This document shows positions 56,656 through 64,000 of a stretch of 64,000 nucleotides of DNA, piece after piece; the first letter of the stretch is position 1, and every line of letters starts with the position of its first letter. Below the pieces are notes generated by a model, which was not told the DNA's origin, did no database searches, and saw only the letters and a list, made by a program, of their open reading frames with translations. Origin of the DNA: a virus (Duplodnaviria > Caudoviricetes). The stretch is from IMG/VR virus record IMGVR_UViG_3300017719_000004, positions 1 to 64,000 of that record. One strand, 5' to 3'. Both the position numbers and the translations under genes were made by a program.

Positions 56656-56993
56656 TACCTTGTTACTCCTGCTCTGACTAGGACCATTCCTTCGACGACC
56701 TTATATTTAAATCCGCCAGAGTCTTCAAGTGTCACATCATAAACATATCGCCCTGGTTTAATGTCAACTGTTTCTGTTGAACCCAGTGAAATTTGGATTT
56801 GACCAACTTCGGGGTCAGTAACAGTAGACGCAAAAGATACAGCAGTAGAACTACCAGCCCACTTCCTCATTTGAGAAGTCGCTGTATAGTTCGTTAGGTT
56901 CAAATAAGTGCCTGTGTCGTTATCTCCTAGACTGAAACCGTGTTGAAAATCAACTCCAGAATCAACTTGAAGGTTAGCAATGTAAACTGCCAT
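56655..56993 (-). CDS. Virion structural protein, 112 aa
   Basis: NL.VD.G.DF...SQMRK...GRYVYDV...VVEG.V.VR.GVTR; late promoter at 57022-57028. Confidence 0.75.
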   Translation of the reverse strand: MAVYIANLQVDSGVDFQHGFSLGDNDTGTYLNLTNYTATSQMRKWAGSSTAVSFASTVTDPEVGQIQISLGSTETVDIKPGRYVYDVTLEDSGGFKYKVVEGMVLVRAGVTR

Positions 56994-57016
56994 TCTTTAC
57001 ATCACGGATTATCCTA

Positions 57017-57181
57017 TTAGGTATTTAGTTTCCTTAATTCCTGTAATACCTGATTGAGCGTGAATTTAATTTCTGCAACATCAGCTTTTAGCATATCAAT
57101 GTCTGAGTGATGCATATCTTGAGTATCATGAGTCTCAAATCCATGATACTTTAAAAATTCAGTGTGGGGATTTCTACTCAT
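57017..57181 (-). CDS. Small coiled-coil protein, 54 aa
   Basis: MSRNPHTEFLKYHGFETHDTQDMHHSDIDMLKADVAEIKFTLNQVLQELRKLNT; ATGA overlap. Confidence 0.6.
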   Translation of the reverse strand: MSRNPHTEFLKYHGFETHDTQDMHHSDIDMLKADVAEIKFTLNQVLQELRKLNT

Positions 57182-57381
57182 AACTTATCAACAATTTTAG
57201 ACAACATATTTTTAATATCATCAATATCTTTTTTCATTGAGTCGAGCTCTTCTCTCTCATTTTTCTTTGCAGACTTTTCTCTTAAGTATGAATGATACCC
57301 AGAGTCATCGCCATTGACGATGGCTCCAGTATCAGAATCTCTCCAAAGATTAGAATGTCCTTCTACAGGAATCAAACTCAT
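57178..57381 (-). CDS. Small coiled-coil protein, 67 aa
   Basis: VEGHSNLWRD..TGAIVN followed by a heptad C-terminus. Confidence 0.75.
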   Translation of the reverse strand: MSLIPVEGHSNLWRDSDTGAIVNGDDSGYHSYLREKSAKKNEREELDSMKKDIDDIKNMLSKIVDKL

Positions 57382-60300
57382 GCTACCGCGATTGCTCTCA
57401 AATTCTTAATTACCGGATGTTTTGCTTGATTAGTTCCAGTGAATACAATTTTGATTTGTAATCCATTGAAACTTGGCAAATCATCTACAGAGTATGTATA
57501 CTCTCTGTATTGAGTATCATCAGCACTCACAAAGGAATCCGACATACCATCATTTTGGGTTGGGTCAATTACTTGATCACCAATACCATCTCCATCAGTA
57601 TCAAGAAGATTTCTAAATCCGGGGAATAATTCAAAATCAGGTGTTACTTCACTAGAGTCTGTTTTCATAATACTGTAGAGAACTCTAAACTCACATTCAA
57701 TTGGTCTGCGAGCTTCAAATATAACTTTAATTGAAGTTGCGGGATTCTTAGTATAGATCGGTTGGGACATATAATAAGAAGCATGTGGATCATTAAATCT
57801 AGACTTAACTCTAGGATCCGTTCTATAATCAGAAATAGGATTATTCAATCTGTTTTCATAGAAGAGTGCATTTGCCCCTTCAAGATTTACAGTAGGTGAG
57901 TTAAAGCTATCTCCACTGTTTGCGAGTTCAACAGTAAACGAGAAAGATTTATTTCTAGGTAAAGAACCAAGTCTAGCAGACTCATTGGTTCTAGAAGCAA
58001 GAATTCTCGTAGTCTCAAGAGTGTTGATTCTATTGAGGTTAAGATCTTCAAATCCATTATCGATGAATGAGGTCTCTGATCCATCAGGAGATGTACCTGT
58101 AACGCTTCTCATCTGCAGTGAGATGAAATCGGTAGGTCCAAATGTTGCAGCGTCGAGGAGGGGTCTTACAGCGTCAAATTGGATATTTTTAGATGCGTAT
58201 ACATTTTGACCACCACCAGCAGCTTCTTCTTTGAAAGAAACCTGAGGAATATTATTTGATGTATCATCAACTGATCTACTTGATCCTCTATCAATTTTCA
58301 AGTAGTAATCATCAATACCTCTAAGAACACTGGAGACATCATGTTCAGCATTAACCCTTCTCAAAGAAATGCCGTTGTATTCATACTTTTGAATACTGTC
58401 ATTTTTAAGATGATTCAATGCATTAGTTGAATCTACACCTCTTACAACACCACCCAAACTAGAAATACCTACACTTGTGTAAGAAAGGATCTCACTATTA
58501 ATAAATGCGTATCCAGTATTTGCTGCACTGACTACCGCACCCTCAAAGGTGTTGAATTGTGATGTTGATGCTACAGAAATAGCGGTTTCATTCGATAATA
58601 TATCTACGGTTATTTCCGTAGGTACAACATCAGATTCTACATCAGAAAGAATGACCTTATTCAAAGAACTGTGCATACCATGATTACGATGAGATACTTT
58701 GAAGTACTCCCCAGTGTAAACACTTCCGGTCGCATCAAAACTTACAATATCTAAACCGGTTGCAATTACACTACCAGCTGCGTGATTGTATGTAACTTCA
58801 TTGCCTGCTGCAACATCAAAAGTTTGTGCTTGAACATCTGTCAAATATAGAGTGTCGATACCTCCAAGAGAGTTGATACCAATACGAACACCAGAACCAG
58901 ATCCTCCAACATCTGCAGTAACAAGACCAACTACATCACCAACTTTGTATCCTCTACCGGAAGATGCAATAGAAACTGCAGTAATAGCCGAGATGCCAGC
59001 TCCGACAGTTGCGTTTAATGTGAGTCCATCACCATCACCATTGATGTTATATGTTGTTATGGGGTTAGATGGAGTACCATAGTTGCTACCGCCAGTAAGA
59101 ATTCCGACAGTTCCTAAGACTGGACCACCTTTAGTTTCAATGTATCCATGACGGAATGTAGATGTTTGCTCACTAACTTTTCTACCAGGAGTAAATACCG
59201 TACCAATTAATCCAGAATCAGATGTTGTAACAATGCCAAGCTTTCCTTTTTTAGGAACACCTACAATTGGATCAAATGCTAGTGGAGGAAGAAGACCATT
59301 ATTGGGTTCGATCGGTGGGTTGAAGAATGTCAACAGACCTTGTTCGGCAGTATAATCTGCTCTATACAAAGTAAATGTAAGGTCTTCAAATTGCGTAGGT
59401 GTCCAAGTAGCACCGTTTTGTGACTTGAACAGAGAACCCATTGCGAATTGCTGGGAGTAAATCTTACCCTTAGCAGCTGGAAGAGCTTGAGCATTCAAAG
59501 CTTTTTGACCCATTTCGCCACAATATACCTCATACTCATCACTATCTGACAAGATAACGATGGCATAAGATTCTTCTGGATCTAAGTAGAAAGGAGTGTC
59601 AAATTTAATGTTAGTTGCAACCGATCCATCGGCCGATGTTGTAATATCCGAAGGGCGAATAGTTGCTTGAGCAGCTCTATCAATAACGAATAGAGTTGGA
59701 GTACCCAGTTCAACTGTTCTAACTTCAATCCTTACTGGAGTTGTTCCTTGATTCTTAGATGCAAAGAATAGATCAAGCGAGGTAATCCAAGCTCCTTCTG
59801 GTCCAGTCACAATTGTTTGTGCCAGAGGGTCTCTTCTTCTTACACGAACTCTACGAATTCTATTAATAACTCTAGTTCGGTTTCTAATAATTGTTCTAGT
59901 TCTATCAATAACTCTAGTATTATTGATGATTACTGGCGGTGGTGGTGGAGGAGGATTTGGAATTGTTCCTCTAATATCAATCGTAGAAAGATTGGTAATA
60001 GTTGTGGTTTCAAGAGTGGTGATTCTAATATCAGTTTGAACTACTCTCGTTGTACCAGTCGCAGTATAGCGACCTGTCGCATGAGAGATTAAAGTAGATC
60101 CTGGTAATGGATTTGCATTAGTTTGACTAGAAGTTAATCTAAAGTCTCTATTACCCGATCTAACCCTAACCTGTGGTGTAGGTGTCTGATTGGGGTCTCT
60201 CAAGAAGATAGAACCAATAAGATCACCAAAGTCATCAGATACTAGTCTTACACCTGCTACAGTCGCTTGAGCACCGCTTGTAAGACCCCTCATTACCATT

Positions 60301-63300
60301 CCGGTAGGAGCAAATCCAAAGAAGGCACCTTGTGCCTGAGCAGCTAATGAAGTGGTGTCAATGTTTAAGACAGTTGACGCTTGAGAGTACCCATTTGGAA
60401 GAGTAGCTGCAGGACTGTATGGGTTAACTGTGAATGTTTCTGTAGGAGCATTGAATGGTCCTTTCTTATGGTTTGGAGCAGCTAATCTGAATTCAAAAAC
60501 AGTAGCACCAATTGTTCCACGAATTGTTTCTCCAATTTGGAAGGAACCAGAAACACTACTGACTTCCAATAACTTAGGAATGATATCAACCCCACCCTGA
60601 TTATCAAAGAAGGGATAGAAATTAGTAAATGGTTTTAAACCAATAGCAGTGAATTCGATATTTCTAGAACGACAGAAAGGATCGAAAGTTTCTTCTGCAA
60701 TAAAGGTGTTTTCAGACCTAATGTCATCTCTCTGTACAGTTCTACCAGTTTCTCTAGTAGATACAGAAGCAGAACCACCAAGAGCACCACCTCTAGTCAA
60801 ACTAAAGTTTGCAGCAACTTGATTATTGAATACTGTAATACCAATAGTATTACGAATAACATTCTGAGTCTCTCTGGTATTAATCCAGTTATCTAATGAA
60901 GGATTAAGCTTTAGTTCACCTGTAAATGCAACAACATGGAATGGATTAATATTATTGACTTTGGTTGCAAATTCTTGCTTAATGTATTCCTTTTCTTGAT
61001 ACTTGAGTGATAACAGATTACCCGTCTTTTGGGTATTTCCATCATCTAACAATAAGAAATTAGAGCTAAAGTCGATCTGGGATACTGGAATATCATCTTT
61101 AGGTGCAACCTGAAGTGCCGAAGAATCAAATTCTCTAAGTGGTCTTAGTTCGCCAAGATCTCTATCAATCTCACATGGTGAGCTTGGGTGCATGAAATCA
61201 AAAGTCTTAAAGTTATCAACAAAGAATCCAGATTTGAATCTTGTAAGACCTTGGGCATCTCTAATTTGTAAAGACTCTGCACTCTTCTCTAATAAATTAA
61301 GACTAGTGACAACTTCTAGATTTTCTACTCTGTCGGCAAGATCACCGATATCTCTCATCGTATAACGACGATTATCTTTTAGATAAATTCTTGCTTCCTG
61401 AGTATCTCTAAGATATGCTGGAAGAAGGACTGTCCCAACTTCCATCCCTTTACCAGATACTACTGGGGGAATTGGTTGTCTAGCCGGTTTGCCTTTGATA
61501 AGATCAAAGTTTCCATCTTGAAGTAATACTAACTTATCAATTCTAGGAAGATAGAAGTCATAGTCAAAAGTCATTGACTCGTTAGGAGTCAAAATTCTAT
61601 CTGGCTTTCCTACAAAATCTCTAGATGTATAGAAGAATGGAGATTCTGATGCTGAAGCCGGATTATATGATGCAACTCTAGGTCTAAAATCTAGAACATC
61701 ATGTGCTTCAATTCGAGAAGGTCCAATTTGGGGAATATCTTTTTTATATCTTTCTTCATCATAACTATTAACTGTGAATACATCTCCAGTGTCTCCACTA
61801 GGAACATCATATCTGTTGTAGATAATGTTAAGTTGTCTGTGAGGAATATATGCTCCTCTATTTCTTACGACTCTAGAATAATCGTAATATTGATTTCTTT
61901 GTCCCTTGTCTAGTAAGTAGCTAGAAGTAACATCTCTATATTTGCCAGGAGAAATCCCTTGCAGTACAGCTGTAGTGTTAGACTCTTCAAAACTTAAAGG
62001 TTCTAATGTTGCAAACCTATCTTTAGTTAGATATACAACACTGATTTGATTATTGCCACCATCAATAGAAATTACCTTCGCAATTGCATTAGTTGAAGTG
62101 CCAAAAATATTTTCGCCAATAATAGCACTAGTAAATACATCATCTGTAGATGTGAAATTTAACTTGTCTAAAATAGGAGCAGATGTATCCAGTGATTCAT
62201 AGATAGCTATGATATCGGTAGCATCTGGTTCATTGAGAGAGATATCTCTATCTTGAACTCTCAGTCCATAAAGCTCACTATGATTGAGTCCATCATTAAC
62301 ACTCGTATTTGGGTCACTTCCAGATCTTCTATTGGTTGATCTAGTTACAGCTACTTGCTGACATCGTTTGAATTCTTTTACTTTATTTTTAATATTTGAC
62401 TTAATGACCGTGGCATTAACAGTCATTCCACTTTGTGAAGCATTTAATCCAGTAATAGTTACCTGAGTTGAAGTAACTGTTACTTGATCCTCCTCAATCA
62501 CAGCAATAGTTCCATTGGAATATTGAACTTGATATCTTTCCTCATCAAAAGCGGCAAATGATGTGTCGTCAAGATCAACCGAAGAAATAGGAAGAACTAA
62601 TTGACCAAGGGAATTTGTAGACTCATTCTGAACCTGTGCAGAAAGCAGCAATGATGATCCAGTAAAATCAACACTAGCAACATTGAGATCTGGTAGAACA
62701 GTAATTAAAGATGCATTTTCATTGCTATTATCTTGAAATCCAAGTGAAATTTCACCAACATACCCATTAACACCACCATCAAACAAATTTGCAACTGTTG
62801 TCATAGCTCCAACAGTCATTGACTGAAGATCTGAAGCAATCGAAGTTACAACATTTTGAAACTGAGTCTGTGTGCCGTTCTTAGTGTCGGTATACCTAAT
62901 AATATCACCGGGTTTGAATCTTTGGAAACTATCGATTCTAGGAGCAGTTACTGTTGCCCCAGCACCAGATATTGCAATGGTTACCTGACCAGCTCCCAAT
63001 CTAGGAGGAATTCTATCGTTGAGCTTCTTGTTAGCTGTAAAACTATTACCACTCTGAGCAAACGAGAAAACATCGTTAATACCATAACTAGTGATTGACT
63101 CAATAGTTCTAGGAAGGTCTTCAGAACCATTAATTAAGATTGGTTCGCCTACTCTAAAAGAACCAGATGTTTGGGTAACTTGGATTGAACTAGAACCAGC
63201 ACCTGCAGCAACTGCAAATGCATTAGCCCCACTTTCTTTACCAACAATAAATGCCGATTTAATTAGTTCTGTGGCGCTTACATTATCACTGAGTTTTAAG

Positions 63301-64000
63301 TTCGTATATGTTTGAACATCGTACAAATACAGATCAAATTCTGTAGATGCGTCTTCATACTTCTGATCTCTTAATCCAAAATTGTATACCTTAGCATCAC
63401 CAATTTTATTAGAAGTTCCTGCTACAAGTCTTGTGGAACTCTCAAATGGACCACTAAACAGATCAATTCTGTTGGTAAAAGTTGTAATACCAGTTGTATT
63501 ATTTACAACAAACTTATTTCCCATCTCAAATGGGAATGATTTGCCTTTTACTTCTTCAGTTTCTCTAGGCTTGAAGAAATCAAGTACTGTAGGACCATCA
63601 GTTGATACATCATATCCGTTAACATATGCCTTACCAGCACTGATTTTTAAACACGCAAGATCTTCATCTGGTGTGTTGCCATCAAAAGTAGATTGGTTTG
63701 AAAAATAGACTCCATCATTACCCTGTCTATCGTTAAGACATTCGGTAACATCTAACAGGAACTTATTGACAGTATAGTTACCAGACTCATCAAAAGTTCT
63801 TCCTGCGAGATAATCTCTAATTTTTGAATATTCTGTCTCTTTTTTAATGACTAATACTTCGCCATTACTGACACGAACAACCTCTACAAAATCAGTGTCA
63901 TTAAAATCTGTAATATTTTTCTTAGTAAGAACTAGAGTAATTCTTAATCTATCGGCACCAGGTGCAGCAAAGTTAGAAAATCCCTTGGCATTATCATAAA
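57378..64000 (-). CDS. Giant virion structural protein (DUF4815/VrlC-like), 5' truncated, >2200 aa
   Basis: The frame reads YDNAKGFSNFAAPGADRL at the window edge, in frame with the track ORF; also DFRPR, YLPRIDK, RRYTMRDIG, RFKSGFFVDNF, DPLAQT, GSLFKSQN. Confidence 0.88.
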   Translation of the reverse strand, partial: YDNAKGFSNFAAPGADRLRITLVLTKKNITDFNDTDFVEVVRVSNGEVLVIKKETEYSKIRDYLAGRTFDESGNYTVNKFLLDVTECLNDRQGNDGVYFSNQSTFDGNTPDEDLACLKISAGKAYVNGYDVSTDGPTVLDFFKPRETEEVKGKSFPFEMGNKFVVNNTTGITTFTNRIDLFSGPFESSTRLVAGTSNKIGDAKVYNFGLRDQKYEDASTEFDLYLYDVQTYTNLKLSDNVSATELIKSAFIVGKESGANAFAVAAGAGSSSIQVTQTSGSFRVGEPILINGSEDLPRTIESITSYGINDVFSFAQSGNSFTANKKLNDRIPPRLGAGQVTIAISGAGATVTAPRIDSFQRFKPGDIIRYTDTKNGTQTQFQNVVTSIASDLQSMTVGAMTTVANLFDGGVNGYVGEISLGFQDNSNENASLITVLPDLNVASVDFTGSSLLLSAQVQNESTNSLGQLVLPISSVDLDDTSFAAFDEERYQVQYSNGTIAVIEEDQVTVTSTQVTITGLNASQSGMTVNATVIKSNIKNKVKEFKRCQQVAVTRSTNRRSGSDPNTSVNDGLNHSELYGLRVQDRDISLNEPDATDIIAIYESLDTSAPILDKLNFTSTDDVFTSAIIGENIFGTSTNAIAKVISIDGGNNQISVVYLTKDRFATLEPLSFEESNTTAVLQGISPGKYRDVTSSYLLDKGQRNQYYDYSRVVRNRGAYIPHRQLNIIYNRYDVPSGDTGDVFTVNSYDEERYKKDIPQIGPSRIEAHDVLDFRPRVASYNPASASESPFFYTSRDFVGKPDRILTPNESMTFDYDFYLPRIDKLVLLQDGNFDLIKGKPARQPIPPVVSGKGMEVGTVLLPAYLRDTQEARIYLKDNRRYTMRDIGDLADRVENLEVVTSLNLLEKSAESLQIRDAQGLTRFKSGFFVDNFKTFDFMHPSSPCEIDRDLGELRPLREFDSSALQVAPKDDIPVSQIDFSSNFLLLDDGNTQKTGNLLSLKYQEKEYIKQEFATKVNNINPFHVVAFTGELKLNPSLDNWINTRETQNVIRNTIGITVFNNQVAANFSLTRGGALGGSASVSTRETGRTVQRDDIRSENTFIAEETFDPFCRSRNIEFTAIGLKPFTNFYPFFDNQGGVDIIPKLLEVSSVSGSFQIGETIRGTIGATVFEFRLAAPNHKKGPFNAPTETFTVNPYSPAATLPNGYSQASTVLNIDTTSLAAQAQGAFFGFAPTGMVMRGLTSGAQATVAGVRLVSDDFGDLIGSIFLRDPNQTPTPQVRVRSGNRDFRLTSSQTNANPLPGSTLISHATGRYTATGTTRVVQTDIRITTLETTTITNLSTIDIRGTIPNPPPPPPPVIINNTRVIDRTRTIIRNRTRVINRIRRVRVRRRDPLAQTIVTGPEGAWITSLDLFFASKNQGTTPVRIEVRTVELGTPTLFVIDRAAQATIRPSDITTSADGSVATNIKFDTPFYLDPEESYAIVILSDSDEYEVYCGEMGQKALNAQALPAAKGKIYSQQFAMGSLFKSQNGATWTPTQFEDLTFTLYRADYTAEQGLLTFFNPPIEPNNGLLPPLAFDPIVGVPKKGKLGIVTTSDSGLIGTVFTPGRKVSEQTSTFRHGYIETKGGPVLGTVGILTGGSNYGTPSNPITTYNINGDGDGLTLNATVGAGISAITAVSIASSGRGYKVGDVVGLVTADVGGSGSGVRIGINSLGGIDTLYLTDVQAQTFDVAAGNEVTYNHAAGSVIATGLDIVSFDATGSVYTGEYFKVSHRNHGMHSSLNKVILSDVESDVVPTEITVDILSNETAISVASTSQFNTFEGAVVSAANTGYAFINSEILSYTSVGISSLGGVVRGVDSTNALNHLKNDSIQKYEYNGISLRRVNAEHDVSSVLRGIDDYYLKIDRGSSRSVDDTSNNIPQVSFKEEAAGGGQNVYASKNIQFDAVRPLLDAATFGPTDFISLQMRSVTGTSPDGSETSFIDNGFEDLNLNRINTLETTRILASRTNESARLGSLPRNKSFSFTVELANSGDSFNSPTVNLEGANALFYENRLNNPISDYRTDPRVKSRFNDPHASYYMSQPIYTKNPATSIKVIFEARRPIECEFRVLYSIMKTDSSEVTPDFELFPGFRNLLDTDGDGIGDQVIDPTQNDGMSDSFVSADDTQYREYTYSVDDLPSFNGLQIKIVFTGTNQAKHPVIKNLRAIAVA

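Noticed and set aside
1-64000. tRNA or rRNA genes
   Set aside because: No cloverleaf with T-loop GTTCRA and acceptor stem was seen in the few intergenic gaps; tRNAscan-SE would confirm.

Overview
64-kb segment of a T4-like marine cyanophage (cyanomyovirus, Kyanoviridae-like). Essentially all genes are on the minus strand. In transcription order (right to left) the window holds: a truncated giant DUF4815/VrlC-like virion protein; a 2260-aa repeat-rich tail fibre; neck and tail genes gp13-gp15; gp16; the variable gp16-gp17 island (plastocyanin petE, an ndhP homologue missing from the ORF track, small membrane proteins, two candidate internal head proteins); gp17-gp23; gp3, uvsY, uvsW, gp55, gp47, gp46; a VWA-peptidase plus CobS/MoxR AAA pair; gp45, a denV-like gene, gp44, a Dam-like methylase, gp62, regA, hsp20, gp43, uvsX, gp41 and mazG. 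Accessory genes sit between the replication genes: five 2OG-Fe(II) oxygenase-like genes, a NodU/CmcH carbamoyltransferase, a UPF0489/arginase-fold-like protein and a ParB/Srx-like protein. The least explained feature is the ~250-nt non-coding cassette between regA and the ParB-like gene, which contains a promoter-to-terminator small-RNA unit and a pseudoknot/switch leader. I saw no tRNA, rRNA, CRISPR array, intron or intein. Family names come from motif recognition by eye, not database searches.
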